The notes: a model not told the origin generated them from the letters alone. A DNA stretch of 38,346 nucleotides from a virus (IMGVR_UViG_3300042892_004166:79097-117442), one strand, 5' to 3'. Positions 1 through 7,094 are shown, counted from the first letter of the stretch. Translations and numbers: made by a program.

Positions 1-282
1 GAATTCTTAAGTTGCTTCAAACAATTTTCATTTAATGTAATTAATAAAGAAAAGACTCCTGAAATTATTAAAGTTAATAAGGACACTGAATCTTACAAGC
101 AATCAGATTCTCATCTATATAAAATGCTACAATCTGCAAAAAAGGAACTTGCTGCTGCAAGAAAATTATGCAAACATGGCAAGATTACTACAGATGAACT
201 TTTTGATTATGAATGGAGAGTAACTGAATTGCAACAAGAAATCAAAGACCTAAAAGATTTTACCGATAACGAGAGTGTTTAA
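1..282 (+). CDS. 5'-truncated hypothetical protein (helical C-terminus ...EWRVTELQQEIKDLKDFTDNESV)
   Basis: Frame 1 is open from base 1 to TAA 280-282. Not in the supplied track; translated by hand. Confidence 0.7.
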   Translation, partial: EFLSCFKQFSFNVINKEKTPEIIKVNKDTESYKQSDSHLYKMLQSAKKELAAARKLCKHGKITTDELFDYEWRVTELQQEIKDLKDFTDNESV

Positions 283-299
283 TTTTAAAACTTTATATA

Positions 300-515
300 A
301 TGATTAACAAAATCAAGGCAATCTTTGCCGCAATTGGCTCTATTGGAGTCTTAATGTTCATAGTTAGTGCCTTTCTATGGGTATTTACAAATTACCCAGG
401 TCCTGCAATAGAATTCTTTATTGTTTCATGGTTTGCGTATTGCGGGTACAAAGCATATAAGTACTTCTTAGGAAGATTTGACAAAGGGACTGACAACGAG
501 CAAATCAATAGCTAG
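300..515 (+). CDS. small membrane protein (2 predicted TM helices)
   Basis: Two hydrophobic segments (IFAAIGSIGVLMFIVSAFLWVF; AIEFFIVSWFAYCGY); abuts the next ORF. Confidence 0.7.
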   Translation: MINKIKAIFAAIGSIGVLMFIVSAFLWVFTNYPGPAIEFFIVSWFAYCGYKAYKYFLGRFDKGTDNEQINS

Positions 516-1226
516 ATGGAACTAAATAAGAAATATATTGAATTTATGCTAGACAATGTTATTGGTTCTAGTGTAAAGGTTCAATTGCCAAAACCCCAAG
601 AAGGTGGAAGGGTGTTGTGGGTTAAACTTGGCCCTGTAGTTTATATGAACGTTGATTTAGAAGTTATTGAAAAATACTCACGTTCGGTTAAATTCAAACT
701 TAAATTTGACAAATACGAAATTGAGGAATTGATATTCCTTCCAGTAGAATCGGCTCCAATGAGCATCAAATCAAAGTTAATTAGCAAGATTGAAAAATTA
801 GTTTTTAAAACCCTTCTTGATGATGGAAGACGTGAAGATATTGTAAAAATGTATGAAGAAAAGCAAAAGCATATCAATTCAGCAATATTAAAAGTTGCAA
901 CTAAAATCAAAGAACTTGATAAATCAAAGGCCAATTATGTGCATACGACGCACTGTCCTCGTTTAAGTCTCTTAAACTTTGAAGGTGACCTTTTCAGAGT
1001 GTATGATTTACTGGATGGTAGATTTACAATTGTTAATGAAAAGCATCAAGACGTAGTTACTACAAATGCTGTTGGAATTTTAGAGTATATGATTACGCCA
1101 AAGCCTATTGTTAATTATGACGGAAAGGCTTGGATTATACCACACCAACATGAGAATGCCAGACCATCTCAAGAGGCACTTTACAAATTTCTTAAATTAG
1201 AACTTCCAACTCAAATAGTTAAATGA
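516..1226 (+). CDS. hypothetical protein, 236 aa
   Basis: Long ORF tightly packed between neighbours; no motif recognised. Confidence 0.75.
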   Translation: MELNKKYIEFMLDNVIGSSVKVQLPKPQEGGRVLWVKLGPVVYMNVDLEVIEKYSRSVKFKLKFDKYEIEELIFLPVESAPMSIKSKLISKIEKLVFKTLLDDGRREDIVKMYEEKQKHINSAILKVATKIKELDKSKANYVHTTHCPRLSLLNFEGDLFRVYDLLDGRFTIVNEKHQDVVTTNAVGILEYMITPKPIVNYDGKAWIIPHQHENARPSQEALYKFLKLELPTQIVK

Positions 1227-1625
1227 ATGAAAACATCAGTATTAAAATCCAACACGGTTAATCTTAATGGTAGAATGTACACTGATGAATGTTTAGAACA
1301 AATGGTTGCTCAATTTAAACAGAAAGTTTCGAATGGAGTTCAAATGTTTGGAGAACTTGGTTATCCTGAAAGTACTTCTTTTACCTCTTTAGAAAGAGTT
1401 TCGCATCAAGTCGAAAACCTTCAAGTGGAAGGAGATACTCTTTTTGCAGAAATCAAAGTCCTCGATACGCCCAGGGGAAAGGAGTTAAAAACTCTATTAG
1501 ATGATATTGTATTTAGACCTAGGATGATAGGACATGTCCTTGAAGATAATACAGTTAGGGTTGATAATTTAATCTCATTTGACGCAATATTAAAAGAAAC
1601 AGATTCATATAAAGACATATTGTAA
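1227..1625 (+). CDS. T4 gp21-like prohead core protease homolog, apparently catalytically degenerate
   Basis: NLNGRMY, MFGELGYP, RVSHQVENL, EIKVLDTPRGK, RPRMIG and FDA align in order with gp21-family NxNxRxY, GELxHP, SHxI, xxTPxG, SSRGxG and D motifs. The catalytic His and Ser positions read Y and P. Confidence 0.75.
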   Translation: MKTSVLKSNTVNLNGRMYTDECLEQMVAQFKQKVSNGVQMFGELGYPESTSFTSLERVSHQVENLQVEGDTLFAEIKVLDTPRGKELKTLLDDIVFRPRMIGHVLEDNTVRVDNLISFDAILKETDSYKDIL

Positions 1626-1663
1626 TGAACAATTTAGATAATATTATCGTGATATATAAATAA
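1625..1663 (+). pseudogene. 12-codon mini-ORF MNNLDNIIVIYK, probable stranded 5' end of the thymidylate synthase gene
   Basis: Its ATG overlaps the upstream stop (TAATG). ATGAACAATTTAGATAA resembles AATAATACTTTAGACAA (NNTLDK) at the start of the TS body at 2231-2247. Confidence 0.5.
1651..1662 (+). promoter_or_regulatory. putative late promoter GATATATAAATA (contains T4 late consensus TATAAATA)
   Basis: Exact TATAAATA at 1655-1662, 12 nt upstream of the endonuclease ATG. GATATATA recurs before many genes in the window. Confidence 0.6.
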
Positions 1664-1674
1664 AACAATTTATC

Positions 1675-2235
1675 ATGATAATATTATATTTAAAAGAATC
1701 ACCATTAGGTTTAAAATATCTAGGAAAATGTGTAAATACCGATCCTTATAAATATAAGGGAAGTGGCACCGTATGGAAAAGACATTTAAAAACACATAAC
1801 ATATCATCTAATGATATAAAAACAACAATTTTATTTGAAACTGAAGATAAAGAAAAATTAATACAAATGGGTTTGTATTATTCAAAATTATGGGATGTTG
1901 TTAATAGTAAAGAATTTGCAAATTTAATACCTGAGCAAGGAGATGGAGGTAATACTGGAGGTTTTAAAAAAGGTGTTATATTTACAGACGAGCACAGAAA
2001 AAAATTAAGTATTGCTAGAAGTAAACAAAAAGATTCACCTGAAAGAATTAAAAAAAGAAGTGAATCAACTTCAAAAACTAAAAAAGGAAAACCTTTAAGT
2101 AATACACATATAGAGTCACTAAAAAAACCAAAAAATAAAGAAAAAAACTGTGCTACATGTAGTATATGTGGAAAATTTACAACAAAAACCGTTATTAGTA
2201 GAGACCATGGAAAAAATAAATGCGATAAAAAATAA
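1675..2235 (+). CDS. free-standing GIY-YIG (Seg-like) homing endonuclease with NUMOD3-like motifs and C-terminal Cys/His finger
   Basis: N-terminal IILYLK..GLKYLGK..DPYKYKGSG..WKRHL; conserved E/N region (FETED...ANLIPE); FTDEHRKKLS and PLSNTHIESL NUMOD3-like segments; CSICGK...HGKNKC tail. Confidence 0.8.
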   Translation: MIILYLKESPLGLKYLGKCVNTDPYKYKGSGTVWKRHLKTHNISSNDIKTTILFETEDKEKLIQMGLYYSKLWDVVNSKEFANLIPEQGDGGNTGGFKKGVIFTDEHRKKLSIARSKQKDSPERIKKRSESTSKTKKGKPLSNTHIESLKKPKNKEKNCATCSICGKFTTKTVISRDHGKNKCDKK

Positions 2236-3424
2236 TACTTTAGACAAGCAATACACCAACCTGCTCCAAGACATATTAGACAATGGAGTAGTTAAAGGTG
2301 ACAGGACAGGTACAGGAACGGTCTCAGTTTTTGGACGCCAAATAAGACACAAAATGTCCGAAGGGTTTCCACTACTTACAACTAAAAAGATGCCATTCAA
2401 AACAATCGTAACAGAACTTCTTTGGTTCTTACGAGGTGATACAAATATTAAGTATTTGGTTGATAATAATTGCCATATTTGGGATGGAGACTGTTATAAG
2501 AGATATTCAATTACAATGGGAATGACTGGTCAGGTAGAATCATTAACGCAAGAAGAGTTCATCAACAAAATTAAAACAGATAATGAGTTTGGAAAGATGT
2601 GGGGTGAGTTGGGGCCTATTTATGGTAAGCAATGGAGAAAATGGGATGTAAAACCTACCATGAACTCAGAAACAGGTGAAATCTTTATTGGGAACGTATG
2701 GGTAGACCAAATCCAAAATCTAATCAACGATCTTAAAACAAATCCAGACTCAAGACGATTAATGGTCAATGCTTGGAATGTTGGAGAATTAGACCAAATG
2801 GTTCTTCCACCTTGTCATTATGGAATTCAAGTTTATACAAGAGAGTTGAGTGAAGGTGAAAGAGAAGATTTATATTGGAAAAGATATGGTTATGATTCAG
2901 TAAATATGGAAGGTAATGATTTAACTGGAATCCCAACCAGAGCAATCTCCCTAATGTGGAATCAACGTTCAGTAGATACATTCTTAGGTTTACCATTCAA
3001 CATTACAAGTTATGGACTCCTATTAGAAATCTTGGCAAAAGAGGTCAATATGGTTCCTGATCAGTTAATTGGAAATCTTGGCGATGTTCACCTTTATTCA
3101 AATCATATTGAACAAGCAAAGAAACAAATAGGAAGAGAATTAAAATTCCCAGAAAGGGCAGAAATGCTAAAAGACAAAATGGGTGAGGAACAATACAATA
3201 AAGCAGTTGATGAATTAATGCCATTTGGTGGGGGTATGAGTGAGTATTTTGAAACTTATAACATTCCATACAGTACTAGTGAACCTTTTCCATTACCGAC
3301 GTTAAAAATAAACCCAAACAATAAAATGAGAATAGGTGGCGGAATATTCACATATGATAGAGGTGATTTTACTGTTGAGAACTATCAATCACACGCAGAA
3401 ATTAAAGCACCACTAAGTAACTAA
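2207..3424 (+). CDS. thyA: thymidylate synthase (ThyA/Td type)
   Basis: DRTGTGT, FPLLTTKK, ELLWFLRG, GPIYGKQWR, SRRLMVNAWN, LPPCH (catalytic Cys), QRSVDTFLGLPFNI (Asn, dUMP-specific), GDVHLYSNH. Start placed at ATG 2207 rather than the supplied 2150. Confidence 0.97.
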   Translation: MEKINAIKNNTLDKQYTNLLQDILDNGVVKGDRTGTGTVSVFGRQIRHKMSEGFPLLTTKKMPFKTIVTELLWFLRGDTNIKYLVDNNCHIWDGDCYKRYSITMGMTGQVESLTQEEFINKIKTDNEFGKMWGELGPIYGKQWRKWDVKPTMNSETGEIFIGNVWVDQIQNLINDLKTNPDSRRLMVNAWNVGELDQMVLPPCHYGIQVYTRELSEGEREDLYWKRYGYDSVNMEGNDLTGIPTRAISLMWNQRSVDTFLGLPFNITSYGLLLEILAKEVNMVPDQLIGNLGDVHLYSNHIEQAKKQIGRELKFPERAEMLKDKMGEEQYNKAVDELMPFGGGMSEYFETYNIPYSTSEPFPLPTLKINPNNKMRIGGGIFTYDRGDFTVENYQSHAEIKAPLSN

Positions 3425-3427
3425 TTT

Positions 3428-3628
3428 ATGGTAGTATATGAACTTAAGGCAAAATCTGACAATGGTGTTCAAATCTTTGAAAACATTACATCAAAAACTT
3501 TAATTAAACTAATCAAGGAACAACCTGAAACTTTAGTAGGTATGATATTAAAAATGGAAGAAAACATAAATTTAAGTTATCAAGCCACTACTACTACTGA
3601 TTATACTAACTACAATTATCATCCATAG
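3428..3628 (+). CDS. hypothetical protein, 66 aa
   Basis: Fills the gap between thyA and the next gene with 3-nt and 1-nt spacers. Confidence 0.6.
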   Translation: MVVYELKAKSDNGVQIFENITSKTLIKLIKEQPETLVGMILKMEENINLSYQATTTTDYTNYNYHP

Positions 3629-3629
3629 T

Positions 3630-3947
3630 ATGAAAGAACATAAAGCAAAAGTCCGTAAAATAGTTAAGGAGTGGAAAGAAGCCACCAATAAAGAAATTTG
3701 GGAAGGGGTCAGAGATAACTTTATATTTGCTTTTATTGGAGCCACCTTAGTAGTATTTATTGCAACCAAAACCGACATTGCAGTTATACTAGGTTATTTG
3801 ACATACTATTCTTTTATGGGTAAGATTTTAAATAGACCTAAATATGTTACAGATTTTGGAAAACTAATAGTGTTTCCAATACCATCAGCGATTGGAGCCT
3901 TTGTAGGATATAAATTAAGTTACATTTTATTAAATTACATATCGTGA
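3630..3947 (+). CDS. small membrane protein (2-3 TM helices)
   Basis: Basic N-terminus followed by hydrophobic segments FIFAFIGATLVVFI, IAVILGYLTYYSFM, LIVFPIPSAIGAFVGY. Confidence 0.75.
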   Translation: MKEHKAKVRKIVKEWKEATNKEIWEGVRDNFIFAFIGATLVVFIATKTDIAVILGYLTYYSFMGKILNRPKYVTDFGKLIVFPIPSAIGAFVGYKLSYILLNYIS

Positions 3948-3957
3948 TATATAATTA

Positions 3958-4152
3958 ATGAAAACATTTAAAGAATTTACAATTGACGAGGCCAAAACAA
4001 TCGGCTTAGAGGATATTCAACCTAATAATGAAATTAATCCAGTCGAACCAGGAGATGGCGAAGACCCAAGACTGGTAAAAATTCGACAATTCAAAGGAAC
4101 TGTTGCAGATTATGCATCTTACTGGGAAGACCGAATTAAAGGCGATATATAA
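3958..4152 (+). CDS. putative capsid internal protein with T4 IPI-like leader MKTFKEFTIDE|A
   Basis: The first 8 residues match the T4 IPI N-terminus as I recall it (MKTFKEFT), followed by I-D-E-A, a gp21-type cleavage site. Own GATATATA motif at 3946-3953. Confidence 0.65.
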   Translation: MKTFKEFTIDEAKTIGLEDIQPNNEINPVEPGDGEDPRLVKIRQFKGTVADYASYWEDRIKGDI

Positions 4153-4184
4153 ACTGGTACTAAAACCTAAAATATCTTAATACA

Positions 4185-4352
4185 ATGGAGTTTATCGAAG
4201 CAGAAGCCACTTTGATAGACATTCCAAGGGTTAAAGAAAAGATTAACGAGGATCAAATTAATGAAGTAGTCCGTTTTGACTGCGATTATTTTGATTTAGA
4301 TTACTATGAATCGGAAGACTTGGTAATGTTTGGAGTTGGCGGTCCGGGTTAA
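4185..4352 (+). CDS. small acidic protein, 55 aa (MEFIEAEATLIDIPRVKEKINEDQINEVVRFDCDYFDLDYYESEDLVMFGVGGPG)
   Basis: Translated by hand (below the track cutoff). Flanked by GATATATA at 4144-4151 and a terminator at 4361. Confidence 0.7.
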   Translation: MEFIEAEATLIDIPRVKEKINEDQINEVVRFDCDYFDLDYYESEDLVMFGVGGPG

Positions 4353-4360
4353 AAGAATTA

Positions 4361-4388
4361 AAGCGTATCTTATGGTACGCTTTTTTTA
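4361..4388 (+). terminator. intrinsic terminator
   Basis: AAGCGTATC-TTAT-GGTACGCTT stem (one G-U pair) running into a T tract. Confidence 0.8.
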
Positions 4389-4410
4389 TTGAAAATAATT
4401 CAATAAAAGT

Positions 4411-4444
4411 TTTACCGTGTCAGGTTTTTTGTTTATATTTACAT
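4411..4444 (+). promoter_or_regulatory. putative early (host-sigma) promoter, copy 1
   Basis: TTTACCGTGTCAGGTTTTTTGTTTATATTTACAT is identical to 5880-5913 and colinear with the - strand copies at 37582-37615 and 38142-38175. TATATTTA resembles the Bacteroidota -7 element TAnnTTTG. Confidence 0.7.
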
Positions 4445-4465
4445 ATTAATATTAAACACTAAATT

Positions 4466-5035
4466 ATGATTTACACTTATTGCAAAGATTCTTTAGCATT
4501 TAAAAGGATTAGAACATCTATTTATTTTAAGATTGGAACCATCTTTTTAATTATGTTTATTAGCGCGAGTTTTATCGCGTACCAGATTGGACTCAGTAAT
4601 TCTATTCAAAATTTAACATCAGAGGAGAGAATCACCCTCATTAATGAAAAGGATGCATTTAGTAAAGAGAAGATGGCTACTATGCTTGCTGACTTAAACG
4701 TAAGATATCCATGGATTCCTATGGCACAATCGATGATAGAAACTGGCCAATGGAAGAGCGAAGTTTTCCTTGAGAACAATAATCTCTTTGGTATGCGAGA
4801 GGCCAAATCCAGGATAACCACATCAATTGGGACCAATCTTAACCATGCTGAATATAATTCGTGGAGAGAAAGTGTCTATGATTATGCATTCTATCAGAGT
4901 AGGTACTTAGGAAATATTAAAAGTGAATCGGAGTACTATCAATATTTGGATGCAAGTTATGCAGAAGACCCTGGGTATGTTAATAAAGTTAAACAAATTG
5001 TAGAAAGTCGTAGCCTAAAGAAACTTTTTAATTAA
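4466..5035 (+). CDS. GH73 glucosaminidase-family peptidoglycan hydrolase with N-terminal membrane anchor
   Basis: AQSMIETG (catalytic Glu), NNNLFGM, YNSWRESVYDY, YAEDPGY (YATDPxY motif); TM segment IGTIFLIMFISASFIAY. Confidence 0.85.
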   Translation: MIYTYCKDSLAFKRIRTSIYFKIGTIFLIMFISASFIAYQIGLSNSIQNLTSEERITLINEKDAFSKEKMATMLADLNVRYPWIPMAQSMIETGQWKSEVFLENNNLFGMREAKSRITTSIGTNLNHAEYNSWRESVYDYAFYQSRYLGNIKSESEYYQYLDASYAEDPGYVNKVKQIVESRSLKKLFN

Positions 5036-5070
5036 TGGATATATAACCTATAAAAAATATAATAAATTTT

Positions 5071-5565
5071 ATGGTAAATCCAATGACTCTTAGTGACGTG
5101 GTAGTAAATACTCTTAATGCCCGAATTGGTGATGAGTACACTGCACATTATTTTTACAACGCTGCTCACAACTGGTGTGCTGATAAAAACTACAAAAATG
5201 CAACAGCTTTCTTTGCTGGTGAAACTGCATCAGAATTAGAACATGCTCAAAAATTACAAAAGTATTTAGTAGATTGGAATTGTGTTCCTGCCTTACCAAA
5301 GGTTGAACCTAATTTTAAATTTACAAGTCTAGTTGATATTGTTGAAAAAGCTTACCAATTAGAACTGGACCTTTTTAATAAATATATGAAAGATTCTCAA
5401 TCAATTTTTGCAATTGATTTGGCAACCTTTGATTTCTTACAAGGTTTTAGACAAATTCAAACAGATTCTGTTATTGAATATTCTGACTTAATTAATGCAT
5501 TAGAATTAATTAATGTTAATAATAAACTTGATGTTCTTCACTTCGAAGAAATATATTTCGTTTAA
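5071..5565 (+). CDS. ferritin-like protein (FtnA type)
   Basis: DEYTAHYFY..W, FF..E..SELEHAQKL..Y, AYQLE and FDFLQ.F.QIQ follow the non-haem ferritin four-helix pattern, with E17, Y24, E50, H53, E94 and Q127 equivalents. Confidence 0.85.
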   Translation: MVNPMTLSDVVVNTLNARIGDEYTAHYFYNAAHNWCADKNYKNATAFFAGETASELEHAQKLQKYLVDWNCVPALPKVEPNFKFTSLVDIVEKAYQLELDLFNKYMKDSQSIFAIDLATFDFLQGFRQIQTDSVIEYSDLINALELINVNNKLDVLHFEEIYFV

Positions 5566-5594
5566 TATTCAGTATTTTAACTAAATTAATAATT

Positions 5595-5816
5595 ATGGAC
5601 CCCGATAGTGAAACTTATACAAAAAATAAAAATAACCAAATCAAACCTGGCGACATGGTGCATGATGTTAGCCCTGTTTTTCAACCCTTTGGGGTTCGAC
5701 GCCGTCCAATATTGGCTGATAGGGATGACTGGAAGTTTGCTATGGGCGAATTTCGCTTTGTATTGTATTGCGGGATCATTCTTTGGGCTATCTATGGTTT
5801 TTCGAAGATTGTATAA
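5595..5816 (+). CDS. alternative overlapping ORF with a single C-terminal TM segment
   Basis: ATG in a good AT-rich context (AATAATTATG); overlaps 5608..5850 in another frame. Which frame is real is unresolved. Confidence 0.4.
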   Translation: MDPDSETYTKNKNNQIKPGDMVHDVSPVFQPFGVRRRPILADRDDWKFAMGEFRFVLYCGIILWAIYGFSKIV

Positions 5817-5850
5817 AAGAGACGAAAGAAGACGTAACGATAAATATTAA
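5608..5850 (+). CDS. small membrane protein (2 TM helices, basic C-tail), holin-like topology
   Basis: GTG start; LATWCMMLALFFNPLGFD and LLWANFALYCIAGSFFGLSMVF hydrophobic segments; RRLYKRDERRR tail. Confidence 0.6.
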   Translation: MKLIQKIKITKSNLATWCMMLALFFNPLGFDAVQYWLIGMTGSLLWANFALYCIAGSFFGLSMVFRRLYKRDERRRNDKY

Positions 5851-5869
5851 AACTTTAACAAAAATAATT

Positions 5870-5899
5870 AACCTGACATTTTACCGTGTCAGGTTTTTT
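5870..5899 (+). terminator. intrinsic terminator overlapping the downstream promoter
   Basis: AACCTGACA-TTTTACCG-TGTCAGGTT perfect 9-bp stem followed by TTTT. Confidence 0.65.
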
Positions 5900-5913
5900 G
5901 TTTATATTTACAT
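5880..5913 (+). promoter_or_regulatory. putative early promoter, copy 2
   Basis: 34-nt exact repeat of 4411-4444, 15 nt before the ATG at 5929. Confidence 0.7.
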
Positions 5914-5928
5914 TATAATTAAAACACT

Positions 5929-6384
5929 ATGAAAAAAATACTTTATATTGACCTTGATGGAGTAATGGTAGACTTAGAGAGTCATGCAATCAAGAGACAT
6001 GGACCCAATGCCGTTGAAAAACTTGGGAGGTTAACTTCAATTGACAAAGAACTTTTTGAAGAACCAGAACCTATTCCAGGTGCTATTGAAGCAGTCAAAT
6101 ACCTATGGGATAAATTTGACATCTATTTCCTAACAACTGCACCTTGGAGCAATCCAACAAGTTTCTCATCTAAAAGAAGATGGGTACAAAAGAATCTTGG
6201 TAAATATGCGCACAAGAGGTTAATTATCTCACATCGTAAAGACCTTTGTATTGGTGATTTCTTAATCGACGACCGTCCAAATAATGGCGCTGCCGAATTC
6301 CGTGGAGAATGGATTCAGTTTGGACAACCAGGATTTGAGGATTGGACCGAGATTATAAACTATCTTGAAAATCTTGATATATAA
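5929..6384 (+). CDS. 5'(3')-deoxyribonucleotidase (NT5C-type HAD phosphatase)
   Basis: YIDLDGVMVD (HAD motif I), PIPGAIEAV, LTTAPW, KRRWVQKNLG, KRLIISHRKDL, GDFLIDDRP (motif IV). Confidence 0.9.
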   Translation: MKKILYIDLDGVMVDLESHAIKRHGPNAVEKLGRLTSIDKELFEEPEPIPGAIEAVKYLWDKFDIYFLTTAPWSNPTSFSSKRRWVQKNLGKYAHKRLIISHRKDLCIGDFLIDDRPNNGAAEFRGEWIQFGQPGFEDWTEIINYLENLDI

Positions 6385-6407
6385 ACAAAATATAATATAT
6401 TAATAAT

Positions 6408-7094
6408 ATGAAATATACACAATTATTCGAAGAATTCTTAAATGAAGCTATGATATCAGTTTCTAATAAAAGTATTAATTCAAGGAAGTCTAAAATTGAT
6501 ACATCTTTAATAGATAAATTAGTTAAACAGATTGCACCTGTATTAAATACAGAACATAGCGAATCATTAACTAAAAAAAGATATGAAGATGTTATTATGG
6601 CTATTGCCAAAAATATTTCTGGTAGTAGTGCATTACAAGACCCGGGTTTAATCTTTGAAAGAAACTTAAATGAAGCTAAAGAATATTCATTCTCTTTTAA
6701 TTACAATACCGATGAGGATGACGTAGAATACGTTCAAAACATTTTACATGATGCTGGAGTTGATGCGATTGCAGAGCCTGGAATAGATTCTGAAGAGATG
6801 ATGGTTAAAGCCAAAAATGCAGTTGAATTGCGTAAGGCTAAGAAAGCAATCCAATCAGATGGATTTGAAGTTAATGAATCAGAAGTTAGCGAAGGAATCA
6901 ATGTTAAAGACATTAAAGTTGGTACTATTCTAAACTTTAAAGATGGTGAAACATGGAAAGTTACTAAAACTTCTGGAATCTCTTCCGGAAAGATTTTTGC
7001 AGCCCCTTATGGCGATACTAAAAAGAGTTACGTTTCATTACCTATCGAGTTTTCAACTGAAAACTTAGAAAAAGATGTAACATCAATAGAATAA
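6408..7094 (+). CDS. putative capsid-targeted multi-domain protein (leader MKYTQLFEEFLNE|A)
   Basis: Leader plus internal LNE|A and VNE|SEVSE|G linkers separating three unrelated segments. GATATATA upstream at 6376. Confidence 0.65.
   Translation: MKYTQLFEEFLNEAMISVSNKSINSRKSKIDTSLIDKLVKQIAPVLNTEHSESLTKKRYEDVIMAIAKNISGSSALQDPGLIFERNLNEAKEYSFSFNYNTDEDDVEYVQNILHDAGVDAIAEPGIDSEEMMVKAKNAVELRKAKKAIQSDGFEVNESEVSEGINVKDIKVGTILNFKDGETWKVTKTSGISSGKIFAAPYGDTKKSYVSLPIEFSTENLEKDVTSIE

Noticed and set aside
2150-2206. Supplied upstream start for thymidylate synthase
   Set aside because: It adds 19 residues deep inside the endonuclease gene with no TS similarity; ATG 2207 is preferred.
1640-2245. Group I intron in thymidylate synthase, as in T4 td
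   Set aside because: The insertion is almost entirely the endonuclease ORF, leaving no room for a P3-P9 core, and I found no U-ending 5' exon / G-ending intron junction that restores the frame.
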